Source: Mobula hypostoma (taxonomy: Eukaryota). Taken from it: a stretch of DNA of 64,000 nt. Both the position numbers and the translations under genes were made by a program. Below, piece after piece: positions 11,901 to 24,195 of this stretch; within the stretch, counting starts at the first letter, position 1, and each line of letters begins with the position of its first letter. Where the stretch lies: contig NC_086119.1 in NCBI RefSeq assembly GCF_963921235.1, positions 16,244,001-16,308,000 on the forward strand. The letters run 5' to 3'. The notes beneath the pieces were generated by a model. The model ran no database searches. It saw nothing but the letters and a program-made list of their open reading frames with translations, and was not told the origin of the DNA.

Positions 11901-12225
11901 CACTCTGGCCTCTTACCTCCTCTCACCTGCCTATCACCTCCTCCTGGTGCTCTTCCTCCTTCTCCTCCTCCTATGGTCCACTCTCCTCTCCTATCAGATT
12001 CCTTCCTTTCCAGCCCTTTATCTTTCCTACCCACCTTGCTTCACCTGTCACCTTCCAACTATCCTCCTCCTCCTCCTCCCCCAAGCTTTTTATTCTGGCA
12101 TCTTCCCCCTTCTTTTCCAGTCCTGAAGAAGGGTCATGGCCCGAAACATTGACTGTCCATTCATTTCCATGAATGCTGCCTATCCTACTGAGTTCCTCCC
12201 AGCATTTTCTGTGTATTGCTCTGAT
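8960..12225 (+). mobile_element. Degenerate Penelope retroelement (RT, GIY-YIG, pLTR), split by a CR1 insertion
   Basis: Remnants of MDVQSLYTSI (RT) and the RLICSQ-like PLE domain, GIY-YIG-like sequence at ~11560-11720, and a pLTR with ctgaagaagggtcatggcccgaaacattgactg. Confidence 0.8.
10064..11371 (-). mobile_element. CR1 LINE 3' part nested in Penelope
   Basis: ORFs 10802-11386 (YLDFQKAFDKVPH, KFADDTKLGG), 10487-10786 and 10154-10417. The tail is (tttctatg)n-like. Confidence 0.92.
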
Positions 12226-12597
12226 TATAAAAATCAAACAGCATAAAGAAATAGGCCCCTCAGCCCAGCCCATCCAAGCTGATCAAGACATCTACCTGAC
12301 CTAGCAACATTTACCCGCATTTATCCCATATCCCCCTTAAACCTTCTCCATCCATGTACCTGTCCAAATGTCTTTTAAACATTGTAATTCCACCTGCCTC
12401 TAGTCTTTTTTTTTCCTCTGGCAGCTTTTTACCATACATCTACAACCCTCTGTGTGATAGAATTGTCTTTCAGTCACCTTTTAAATCTTCTGCCTCTCAC
12501 ATTAAATCTATGTCCTACAGTTTTAGACTTCCCCCACCCTGAGAAACAGATTGTGACCATCAAGCCTATCTACCCCCCTCAGGATTTTACTCTGTAA

Positions 12598-12677
12598 CAG
12601 GAGTTCCCAACCTTTTTTATGCCATGGACCCCTACCATTAACAGACAGATCCGTGGACTCCAGGTTGGGAACCCCTG
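12598..12677. mobile_element. Short hAT/Charlie-type MITE
   Basis: TIRs caggagttcccaacc / ggttgggaacccctg. Related copies lie at ~44256-44315 and ~48472-48543. Confidence 0.65.
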
Positions 12678-13369
12678 CCCTTCAGCCTTCTATGCGTCAG
12701 AAAAAAGATATCCCACTCCACCCAACCTTTCCTTGGAACTCAAGCCCTCCGGTCCCAGTTACGTCCACATGAATCTAATCTGCACCTTTTCCAGTTGAAT
12801 AACATTGTCCGTACAGCTGAGCCACCAGAACTGAACATGGTAGAAAATGTGATCTCTCCAATTAATAGCCCGAAAAAGCATGTCCGACGCATTCTTCCCC
12901 ATCTTCTCTACCTGTACAGCCTATTTCAGGGAACTATACACATGCACCCATACACGTTGACCTCTTCCAGAACATTCTCCATGACCTTTCGTCCTGGTTG
13001 ATCGTATCAAACTCAAAACTACTGTGTGCTGAACTACATGCCAAGGGAATCATAAAACACGTCCAACAGTCATTAACAAATCTGGTCTTTTTTCCTCAAA
13101 AATAAAATTGCAAACAAAAGCATAGATGATATCTAATCTGTCCGCTGGGGCCCCGAGGAACCAGTTCCTGCCTGGTTTATGGAGTACGCCCCTTGGGAGA
13201 CTGTCGCTTGCGGCCTGAGTTTGCAATTCTACCGCCCGAACTCGCCTTTTTGTTTCTAGCGCTCGCGTTCGACCTGAGGGGCGCCGGAGATCGAACGCGA
13301 ACGCTCAGGTAAAACAAAATGCCTCGTCCGGCGAGTTCCGCTTAGCCTAAAAATGAGTGGTGGGCTTAC

Positions 13370-13403
13370 CAGCAACCAGAACGTAAAGGCTCAGGTAAAA
13401 CAT
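13370..13403 (-). CDS. TAPBPL: Tapasin-family gene exon 1 (signal peptide)
   Basis: ATG TTT TAC CTG AGC CTT TAC GTT CTG GTT GCT G|gtaag = MFYLSLYVLVA. Phase 1 joins exon 2 to give the signal peptide MFYLSLYVLVAGIALA. It lies in a CpG-rich patch next to an ISRE. Confidence 0.8.
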
Positions 13404-13432
13404 CACGAACTCCTATCGTGTAAACTGCTGTT

Positions 13433-13451
13433 CAGTTTCACTTTCGTTTCC
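13433..13451 (-). promoter_or_regulatory. ISRE/IRF-E (three GAAA cores), proximal promoter of the tapasin-like gene
   Basis: The minus strand reads GGAAACGAAAGTGAAACTG, 30 nt upstream of the ATG. This matches the GAAANNGAAA consensus. Confidence 0.8.
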
Positions 13452-13769
13452 CGGATTCAACGCGGAAGGCTTAACGATTATAATAATCTTATTTACAGCA
13501 CACTTTTCATAGAGACGTTGTAGTTCAAGGTGCTTTACGCAAGTACGGAAAGTCAAAAAGATGCTAATTAAAAGTAATGTAAAATAAATAGGGTTTGAAT
13601 TGGCGTTTTAAAGTGTCGGGTGAGTCTGTACTTACAGTTTTAGGTAATGGGCTGCACAGTTTAGGAAGGTGACAAATCAACAAAGCTGACTTGCCAATTA
13701 ACTTTTAAGGGAGAATGTTTAAATTTAGGAGACCGGCGGCAGGGGACCTGAAAGCTCGAGTAGGATTAT

Positions 13770-13782
13770 GAAACGAAAGTGA
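13770..13782 (+). promoter_or_regulatory. Second ISRE/IRF-E
   Basis: GAAACGAAAGTGA is identical over 13 nt to the proximal ISRE but in the opposite orientation, ~320 bp further upstream. Confidence 0.55.
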
Positions 13783-14639
13783 TTCTGTGATGTACTCTGG
13801 TCCCTGAGCACTGAGAGCTCTTTTCAGAGGATGTGTGACGGCTGCTGGGTGGGGAGCTAGCTGATACCGACAGTGAGAATGCAAGGGGCGGTGGAGGGAA
13901 GATGGGTTGGTCAAGGAGATGGAGAGAGGGGAGCCCGGATGGGAAAGTCAAGAGCAGTTGTGGCCAACATTTGTCGTAGGGACTGTGACACGATGGGCTC
14001 CAGGAAGGCAAAAGAACATAGGAGGACATGCAAGATGGCGAGGTGGAATCCAGGGGGCCGAGAGATGGGGCAAAGACGGGGTTGGGGGAATGGGTTGCAG
14101 GAAATGGAAGGGGAGGTTTGATGGAGAAGTAGGTTAGAAGGCAAGATATGATTAATACACCACAGAACAATCGAAGGCAATTTAGCCCATGGGATATTTA
14201 GGCTTTAAAGCTCCAACACAGGAAGGTGGTCAAAATTACAGCACACAAGGCTGGGGCTTTTCCTCCTTGGAACGACGTTGGATGAGAGGTGACCTGATAA
14301 AGGTATAGATGATGATGAGAGCCATTGATCTCATTTTTTTTTCCCAGGAGTGAAATGGCTAAAACGAGGGGGCATAGTTTTAAGGTGCTTGGAATGTCAG
14401 AGGTAAACTTTTCACACAGAGAGTGGTGGGTGCGTGGAATACACTGCCAGCAAAGGTGGTAGAGGCGGATACAATAGGGTCTTTTAAGAGACTCTTAGAT
14501 AGGTACATGGAACTCAGAAAAATAGAGGGCTATGCGGTAGAGAATTCCTAGGCAGCTTCTGGAGTAAGTTATGTGGTTGGCACAACATTGTGGGTTGAAG
14601 GGCCTGTAATGTGCTGTAGATTTTCCATGTTCTAATATA

Positions 14640-15632
14640 CTCCTGGTGTCATGGATTCTTGATTACCTGACTGGCAGACCACAGTACATGTGCTTGCAAA
14701 ACGGGACTGTCTTGTCTTCCTTTCTCTTCACCATTTACACCTCGGACTTCAATTACTGCACAGAGTCTTGTCATCTTCAGAAGTTTTCTGATGACTCTGC
14801 CATAGTTGGATGCTTCAGCAAGGGAGATGAGGCTGAGTACAGGGCTACGGTAGGAAAATTTGTCACATGGTGTGAGCAGAATTATCTGCAGCTTAATATG
14901 AAAAAGACTAAGGAGCTGGTGGTAGACCTGAGGAGAGCCAAGGTACCGGTGACCCCTATTTCCATCCAGGGGGTCAGTGTGGACATGGTGGAGGATTACA
15001 AATACCTGGGGATATGAATTGACAATAAACTGGACTGGTCAAAGAACACTGAGGCTGTCTACAAGAAGGGTCAGAGCCGTCTGTATTTCCTGAGACAGGT
15101 CCTTTAACATCTGCCGGACGATGCTGAGGATGTTCTACGAGTCTGTGGTGGCCAGTGCTATCATGTTTGCTATTGTGTGCTGGGGCAGCAGGCGGAGGGT
15201 AGCAGACACCAACAGAATCAACAAACTCATTCGTAAGGCTAGTGATGTTGTGGGGATGGAACTGGACTCTCTAACAGTGGTGTCTGAAAAGAGGGTGCTG
15301 TCCAAGTTGCATGCCATCTTGGACAATGTCTCCCATCCACTACATAATGTACTGGTTGGGCACAGAACTACATTCAGCCAGAGACTCATTCCTCCGAGAT
15401 GCAACACAGAGCGTCATAGGAAGTCATTCCTGCCTGTGGCCATCAAACTTTACAACTCCTCCCTTGGAGGGTCAGACACCCTGAGCCAATAGGCTGGTCC
15501 TGAACTTATCTCCTGGCATAATTTACATATTACTATTTAACTATTTATGGTTTTATTACTGTTTAATTATTTATGGTGCAACTGTAACAAAAACCAATTT
15601 CCCCCAGGATCAATAAAGTATGACTATGACTA
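14640..15632 (+). mobile_element. Rex1/Babar-type LINE 3' part
   Basis: ORFs read WILDYLTGRPQ..LFTIYTSD..QKFSDDSAIVG and LRMFYESVVAS..RKSFLPVAIKLYN. The tail is aataaagtatgactatgactat. Confidence 0.82.
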
Positions 15633-16157
15633 TATTCACATAGATTAAAGACCAAGGAGAAAGCCAAGAATAGGAATATTGTCAGGTTAGCAGGCTGTGG
15701 TGGTCTGACTATGGGGAACTAAATGTCATTTTCCATGTTATTAAAGCACTAGTGTTCTCCCTGTGACCGTGTGGGTTTCCTCTGGGATCCTCCCACATCC
15801 CAAAGATGAACAGGTTAAGGTTAGTGAGTTGTGGGCATGTTATGTTGGCGCAAGAAGCCTGGCAATACTTGAGGGCTGCCCAGCACAGTCCTCACTAATT
15901 TAATGTTTAAGACACATTTCACTGTATGTTTAGATGCACACGTGACCAATAAAACTAATCTTTAATCTTTAGCTCTTTATCCAAGCTCGCCCATGATGAA
16001 AAAACTAGGTGGGACTGCGAGCAGGGAGGATGAAAAAGTGAGATAGATCAAGTTGAATGAGAGGGCAAGAACACAGCAGATGCAACATAATGTGAACTTG
16101 TGTGAATTTGTCCACTTCGAACACAAAACAGAAAATCATACTACATTTGAAAAGTGA

Positions 16158-17060
16158 ATATAAGAACACAAGAAGTAGGAGCAGGAGTCGGCCATCTGGC
16201 CTGTCAGGCCTGCTCCGCCATTCAATAAGATCATGGCTGATTTGGCCATTGACTCATCTCCACCTACCTGCCTTTTCCCCATAACTCTTAATTCTTCTAC
16301 TATGCAAAAATCTATCCAACCTTGTCTCAAATATATTACCTGAGGTAGCCTCCACTGCCTCATTGGGCAGAGAATTCCACAGATTCACCACTCTCTGGGA
16401 AAAGCAGTTCCTCAGCTCCATCCTAAATCTACTCCCCCGGATCTTGAGGCTATGTCCCCTATTTCTAGTCTCACCTACCAGTGGAACAACTTTCTTGCTT
16501 CTATCTTATCTATCCCTTTCATAATTTTATGTTTCTGTAAGATCTTCTCTCATTCTTCTGAGTTCCAGCGAGTACAGTCCCAGCCAACTCTCCGCATAGT
16601 CTAAACCCCTCATCTCTGGAATCAACCTGGAGAACCTCCTCTGCACTGCCTCCGAAGCCAGTATATCCTTCCTCAAGTTGGGAGACCGCAACTGCACACA
16701 GTACTCCAGGTACAACCTCACCAGTACCCTGTACAGTTGCAGCATAACCTCTCTGCTCTTAAATTCAATCCCTCTAGCAACAAATGCCAACAATCCATTT
16801 GCCTTCTTGATAGCCTGCTGCACCTGCAAATCAACCTCTTGTGACTCATGCACAAGCACTCTCAAATCCCTCTGCAGAGCAGCATGCTGCAATTTTTACT
16901 ATTTAAATAATAATCTGCTTTCATTTCTCCTTCCAAAGTGGATGACCTCACATTTACCAACATTGTACTTCATCTGCCAGACCTTGGCCCACTCACTTAA
17001 CCTATCTATATCTCTCTGCAGATTCTCCATATCTTCTGCACGCTTTGCTTTTCCACTCGA
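16158..17060 (-). mobile_element. CR1 LINE 3' part
   Basis: ORF 16527-16892 (QRDLRVLVH..LYRVLVRLYLEYCVQ) plus the CR1 3'UTR. Confidence 0.85.
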
Positions 17061-17382
17061 TTAAAGGTAAGGTTGACCTTCAGAGAGACCTGGGTGTTAT
17101 TGTACACTAGTCTCTTCAAATTAATTAGGAAAGTAAATGAAATGTTTTTTTTTATTACAACTGAACTGAGTACAGGAGTAAAGATGTCTTGTTGCAATTA
17201 TAAGAACCTTGATATCACAATGGATTACTGTATACAGACCTTATCTAAAGGAGGGAGCACTGCAAATATTCACTTGTCTGGTTCCAGAGAGGTCAAGCTT
17301 GTTCAATGAGAAGGTGGGAGAAGTGGTTGGAATACCAAGCCACAGCCTGGGTGCTAGAAAATGGGATTACCATAGATAGTAC

Positions 17383-17691
17383 CGTACGTCACCCCAGAAT
17401 ACACTAAAGTGTACCCCTGCCTAATAGGGGTCAAAAATAATGACAGTGTTGCTCGCTGCACTGTTTGCAACAGTGACTTTTCTATTGCCTGTGGTGGGTT
17501 AAAATGTAAAAGACGTGTTGAGATGAGTTTAACAGGTGTCATTCGTTCATTAGCATAGCTAACGTTATTTAAACTAGCTGGCTAGCTGCTAAGGAGCTAC
17601 CCTATTGCAGACATCCCACTTCTCCCGGAAGTCTCCCGCAAATTGATGGTGCTACCTCCCTGAAATGAGTTTTTGCTGGAAGGGATGTCTG
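17383..17691 (+). mobile_element. hAT-like DNA transposon fragment (BED finger remnant and right end), colinear with 63401-63709
   Basis: Reads YTKVYPCLIGVKNNDSVARCTVCNSDFSIACGGLKCKRRVE and ends gggatgtctg. Confidence 0.75.
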
Positions 17692-20600
17692 GAGTATCTT
17701 TTTTTCCCAGGGTAGAACTGTTTAATAGCAGAGGGCATGCACTGAAGGTGAGGAGGGGTAGATTCAAAGGCGATATGAGGATTAAGTTTTTTTTATTCAG
17801 AGATGATGCCTGGAATGCATAGCCTGGTATGGTGGTAGAGGCAAACACATTACAGGCTTTCAAGAGACATTTACAGACACATAACTATGAGGAACATGGA
17901 GGAATATGGACATTGTGTAGGTAGGAGGGATTTGTTTTTTGTGGGTTTTGGATTTACTTTTTAGCTGGTTCAGCACAACATTGTGGGCTGAAGGGCCTGT
18001 TCCTGTGTTGTGGAATATTTGCACATCACTACAATTACGAAGTTCTTCTGTCTGCCAGCATGCATATTTGCAGTAAGTGTGGATCTAAGATGCCTCCCAT
18101 GTGTAATGAAAAATTGTGAACACATTTTTGCCTGCCATTAATGTAACTTGATATCTTGAGGAAATCCTGCATCCAGCGAACAAATACATCTTCCATGCTA
18201 ACACTGGTAAAACTGCTGAACTTTGCAGCTGGCTCAGAGAAATTATTACAAATTACAAAAGGGGGAAAAAAACACATCTTGGCCATCAATAGAAACTTTA
18301 CACAAAGATTTATCAGCACTTTAGAAAGAGAAAATAAAATACCATTTTATACAGAACTCAAGTTTTTATTATTTATGATCATGAATCATGATTAGAGAAA
18401 TTAATACAAAATATTACAATGTCAGCAACTGTTGCTTAAGGTTTAAAACTGTACTAAGCATTTTCAGTGCACTAAGTACATGGGGCACAATAAATGCTAC
18501 TTTGTCAAAAGACAACTCTGGGCAACACACAAACTTCAAGCTTATAAACATAATTATAATGCTCAACATCAACTGCAGCTTACCTTTCAGCAGGTCAAAG
18601 GCTCTGTAATTATTCGTTGTAATCAGCATGCAGATTCTTATGTTTCATATTTAATACCTTTTCCTGTTTAAGATACTGTAAAAGCCTTTTTCTCCTTCAG
18701 TCTGCTATGCACCTGTAGCTTTTACATAGATGCATCCAGCTGTGTGAGGGTAATTAGAAACTTTTTCCCTTAAGCAGAGATACCTACATCCAGCAGAGAT
18801 ACAAGTTTAAGGTAAGGGGAAGAAGATTCAGAGGAGACTTGATTTTCTTTTTATCTAGACTAGAGGGTGGTTGAAATCTGGAACGCACTGCCTGAGGGGA
18901 CAGTGGTAAACAAGTACTCTCCAAGATTTATAAAGAATGTGGATTACCCCTTCAAATACCATGGCATAAAGGCTAAAGGGAGAAGGATGCAAAAAGGGAT
19001 TAATACACATTGGTATATGACGACAGGCATGGACACAGTGGGCTGATGGGGCTGTTTCTGCCACTATATGACCTTCTGAAGTGTTTTATCTTCTGGTAGA
19101 GCTGCAATACTCAGTCTTTGCATCATTGCCTCTTTCATCATTACAAATGTCCCGTCCTACTTTATTCCTATTCACACGTCCACAGACTATTTCTACTGTA
19201 ACCAACCTGGTTACTACCTACTTGGAAAGATGTTTTTTGCTGAGCGTCAACCATCTTCTAGAAATTGTACAACAATCCGTGGATCAATCTTTCTCAATCA
19301 TCTTGCTACTGGTACTAGAAGCTTACCAATACTGTGGAAATTTGAAGGCTTTTTTGTTGAACACTAAGCTCTGAATAAAATGCCCGAAGTCAACGAGGTT
19401 GAATGAGGAGAATGGAAAGCATTTTTTAATAAAAGCATTTTGTGCCAGAATGCTTATTAACTTGATGGATTCATTCAACTGCCTGCAGCAAGGTGAATGT
19501 GCTATCTACCAACCCCAGATGGTTATATATGGACACTTGGAAATAAGGGCATTTGATAAGTACATGATTGGAAATATTCAGAAGGTTATGGACCAAAGAC
19601 TGGTAAATGGGCTAGCATGGAAGAGGCATCTTGGTTGGTATAGAGTTGGGCTGAATGGCATGTTAAGTGCTGTATGACTTAATGACTCAACATAAAGTGC
19701 ACAATTTTTACAAGAAATAACACAATTAGAAGTTAATTTTTAATGCAAAATGATCAATGTGGTCATAGTGTTGCTAAACTGTGGTGATTATGATTACACC
19801 AGTTGCTTCAAGAACCAGATGGTCAAAGGGAAAAATAACTAAGGAATGAAAAGTAGACACCCTGCTACCACATTATTTATGACAGCAGCAGTAACATTTA
19901 ACCATATGCCTCATATGCACTATGTCAGCTTGCACATCTACAGAATTTTTTTTATTTTCTGATAATAATGTTAATATTATTTGATATTACATACGTACTG
20001 TGTTTTGCACCTAGGTTCCTCCCAGAGGAACGTTGTTTTGTTCAAGTATGGTTGAATGATAATAAACTTGGATATAAAGTTCCAGAATTATTATTTTGCC
20101 CTCAGATTTCCTTCCTGTAGTTTACAAGCGTAAATTCATCACCATTGAGGATGATTCTAAAAACTTTAAGTCAGAATGCTCTGACAGCAAAGCATTAAGC
20201 TGTGGTCCCCAAAACCTTTGAAATGGAAGAAAGTTGTTGACTTTGTCTAAATATACTGGTTGGACTACTGTTTACAATCAGTTAAGTTCAACTGTCAAGC
20301 CACAACACAATAATAATAACAATTAACAACTTTAGCAGTTAGTAGTTCCTTGGAACAGTGTGTGGTTATGAAATGTGAAACGAAACTCCCCATCACCCCC
20401 TCCGCCACATCAACTATATGTGGTCAGAAAACCCACAAATACAAGCAGGACTGCATTTCCTTTATAATATTGACAAATGGTACTTGGTTACATTTCAAGA
20501 AATGCTGCAAGTAATGTTGCCTCTTGGCATACCCGGTCCACTAGTAGTCCTATTTGTCCAAATTGCTGTAGATCTGCAAACAGCTAAGTAGTTGTCACTA

Positions 20601-20857
20601 TCACAATGCATTTCACATGTAAAGGTGCTTTCAATTGTATATCACAGGGTACTGGACTGAGGCATTACAAAACCAATAATGATAACTTAATCTTCTGTGA
20701 GCATGGCTCCTTGGTTGAGTGTGTATCCTGGCCAGCCGAATGATATACTGGCAATGATGTGCTTCATTTATCAAGAGGCATTGTTAGCAAGTTCACTACC
20801 TGGCATGCTAACAATAGAGGAGAAATTTGATGGCCCCTTTAAACTAAAACTTGATCT

Positions 20858-21325
20858 TCATTTTCTACGATTTGCTTGATTCTTTTCTGCTGCTTCTTCA
20901 GCTTTCTTCTTTCTCCACTGACAAATATCGGCAAAATCACATGTCCGACATTTCCAGGCCTCCTCGATGTCCACCCCCTTGGCCTCCCTCTGGCCCTTCC
21001 AGAAGGAGCAATAATATTTCAGCTCCTTTTTAACCCACTCCTCTTCAAAGCACACCACTTCTGTCCCAATTACAGATGCATCAGCTTGGTAACAGTATTC
21101 TATCTTTAGGATGTCAATGGTGGGGATCTCGGCGTGCATCAGGTTCAAAAAAATTAAATCCAAGAGGTCACCAAATGTGTTTACAGACAATCCTATCATT
21201 TGAGTATATGCCATGACCTCTGAACTGAAGCTCCGCTCTGTTTGTAAGTGAAGATGGTGAATGATTGTGTCTTTGTTCAGCTGGCCTTTGATCAGAGCCT
21301 CAAAGAGAAGTTTGTATACACTGAC
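20858..21325 (-). CDS. EXO5: Exonuclease V, last coding exon
   Basis: Acceptor tttttatcaccag|gtc, phase 0, 468 nt to stop. Reads VSVYKLLFEAL...GDLLDLIFL..IDILKIEY..FWKGQREAKGVDIEEAWKCRTCDFADICQWR and carries three Fe-S cluster cysteines. Confidence 0.93.
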   Translation of the reverse strand, partial: VSVYKLLFEALIKGQLNKDTIIHHLHLQTERSFSSEVMAYTQMIGLSVNTFGDLLDLIFLNLMHAEIPTIDILKIEYCYQADASVIGTEVVCFEEEWVKKELKYYCSFWKGQREAKGVDIEEAWKCRTCDFADICQWRKKKAEEAAEKNQANRRK

Positions 21326-23415
21326 CTGGTGATAAAAAGGATTTAGATTTACTACATCAAAGGTATCCTATCTGCATACCACAGAGACAACTCCTGCTTT
21401 TCATTCAAATCACATAGTGAGGATTATTATTCAGTCATTGGTTTTGTGGTAAAGAAACATGAAATAAACAAAAAACATTATTTTGATTTAATCAGACAGT
21501 TGTCCAATCACTTGCCTAGACATTTTGGCACTCATTCTATGGGGCATACAATTTATAAATAATATAACTGTGGTAGGAAGTAAATACTCATTTAAATAGA
21601 TTATGTTTAAAACATAAACTGATGTTTTATTTTAAAGTGTGTGAACTGCTGCACAGGCAAGTGCAACAGGTATTCTACAACAGACATTTACGCTTACTAT
21701 CAGCATGAAATTGGTTGATCAGTGTGACAAAATTGAAGCAACGCTTAAAGCCTGTAATAATTTTATTCCAGTGTTAGGATTTTGAAATAAAAGTTTTCTT
21801 CCCCCCCCCCCATTCATTTCTATGATTACAGGCTTTGAAAGCATATACATTTAGAGCAAATAGTTCATTGTATTAGACAACAGATTCTTATCGTTTTGGC
21901 AAACAACAAACAAACTGTTAGAGAAATTCAGCAAGACAGTCAGCATCTGAGGAGGGAAATGGATAGTCAACATTTTCTTTCTGAAAGATGGAGTTCAGAT
22001 AGCCCATATAAAGAGGTGAGGAGAAGGGGCAGAGCAAGAGCTTGCAAGTGCTAGGTGGTTCCAGGTGAGGAAGGGTATTAAGCAGATGGTGGAGGGAAGA
22101 GTGGAAATAGTGACAGAGGCTCTGAGGTGATAAATGGAGGTAGGAAATGGTTGTAAATTATGGAATCTGATAGGAAAGGGAAGTGGAGCAAGGAAATAAG
22201 TATTTCATTAAATCAAAAAATTCTGGCAAACAAATAATAATCTGCAAACCTGTATGTTCTTTTTTTTGATTAAGATGATTTTTCTCAGAATGATATGGTA
22301 GATTAACTAACTCTTGTGCAGGAAAGAAGTACAAGATTTAATGGAATTGGGTACACCTAGTCTATAAAATGACTCAGGTATCAACCATTCATATGTATTA
22401 TATGCCCTACAGAGGATTAAATAAAAATTCTCCATAATACTTTGACTGATGAAGAATAGTTTGTTTATGATTAACACATTCTCTTAATAAACCTAGAAAT
22501 GTGGTCCAGGACGACTGCTTGCCACCTTTGAAAATATCATGTGAGAGGCACAAGATCATTTATAAATAAACAGTTAACAGGAAGCTCATTCTATTTGTTG
22601 ATTAGGAAATATGTCTAGATGTGATGGGAAATTAGGTCACTCTCAGTATTGGGAAATTTTTGAGAATAAATTAGGAATCACCCAACACATTAATACAACC
22701 ATTGAAGGGTAAGCTAAAGACTGACATAAACATAAAAGAAAATTGTTTTTCTTTTGAAGATATTCTGAGGTGCCTCAGTTTAACATTTGAAAGATGATAC
22801 TTTAGCAGTGTAATATATCATGTTACTGTACTGGATTTGCGTGTTTAAGACCTAATTGGTGGCTGGAAACCAAACCCTCCAGCCCAGAGGAGACTGTACT
22901 GTTAAATAAGCCATCTAGAAAGGTCTATGAAAATCCTCCTACAGAATGCACTTTGGATTTACTCTGGAACACAAAAGCCCCATGTTATTAAGTGTAGATT
23001 TGGTCTGCTCTTATCAAATTACGGTATTGCTTTGCACTGTTGTAACTATATGTTATAATTATGTGGTTTTTGTCAGTTTTAGTCTTGATCTGTCTTGTGT
23101 TTCTGTGATATCATACTGGAGGAACATTGTATCATTTTTTAATGCATGCATTTCTAAATGACAATAAACGAGGACTGAGTGTCCTCATAATCTAATCTAA
23201 TCTAGATTTGATTCTGCTATAGGAGAGTATAAAATCTAACCTATGATAGGCACTTTACCCATGCAACTGGATGTGTCTGCCCAATGAAATCTGGGATGAC
23301 CAAGCACCTTTGTTTGAATTATTAGGTCAATATCAAAATAATCGATGGCAATAATCTAATTAGAAGTTAGTGCGAAATTCCTACATTTCAAATGGTTCTC
23401 GTCCTACTCACTCAC

Positions 23416-23588
23416 TTGTAAGTGATGGCTCTTCCTTTGGGCTGCATGGGGTAATGTTGGTTGACCACGAGTTTTCAGTTCATGGAGTTCCAGTTCACCA
23501 CTGGAATTGTAGCACAGCTCATCAATCACACCAACCAGGAAAATCCCCTCCACTTCTCCAAACACAGGCAACTCTCGGACACGCTCTC
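23416..23588 (-). CDS. EXO5: Exonuclease V exon 4
   Basis: Acceptor tgtacag|ga and donor caa|gtgagt. 173 nt, phase 1-0. [25 protein letters not shown]...[10 protein letters not shown] contains RecB-type nuclease motifs. Confidence 0.93.
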
Positions 23589-23764
23589 CTGTACAACGCA
23601 TAACCAAATTACTTTGAATTATCAGGCTATCTGCTAAAGATTTTGAGTCGAATATGACCTACTGCCCAAACCAACTGGCTTGCAGCTAGAATTTGTCAAT
23701 AATCAGATAAGATTATACGTGCAGCATCTTGCCCACAAACAGGCCACCCACATCCTGAAGGGAC

Positions 23765-24195
23765 TTATTTACAGCCCGTTATGCTGCTAGTGTTCAAAGG
23801 TTGTTTTATCATTTCAGGGCAGCAATGAAGGTCCTCCATCTCTGATGGTGTTCAGAGCTTCCTTCAGCAAGTCAGTAGCTTCCTCTGGGTTTTCACTACC
23901 GTCAGTCATGCAAGTCCCAGGTGGAGACTCACTCAGATGTAGAAGGATTCTTCATTGCTGTTTCTGTAACAGTTTTGTTTTACCAGTCAGGGTGTTTAGC
24001 CCTGAAATGAACCCCCAAACTGGGAGGTCTGGTGGACCACACTCTTAGTCTGGTCTCTACCTTTTGACCAGTTTGGCATGGGTGACCTTACCAAGAGCCA
24101 AAGCATAAGGCCCTGACTCCAGCCAACAAAGCTCTCTGCGTCACTGAGGCACGCACACCTCCAGACCACAACAAGGTTGTAGTCCTCCTGGTGGC
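23765..24195 (-). mobile_element. Internally deleted (bipartite) RTE-type retroelement
   Basis: An RTE/Expander-like 5'UTR (accttgttgtggt..gagagct..ggtcacccatgccaaac..gctaaacaccctgactggtaaaac) is joined almost directly to an RTE-like 3' end (gatggaggaccttcattgctgccc). A fragment of the same family lies at ~30035-30120. Family assignment is from recalled patterns. Confidence 0.55.

Noticed and set aside
18035-18319. 94-aa minus-strand ORF between EXO5 and the tapasin-like gene
   Set aside because: No recognisable domain and no coherent splice partners.
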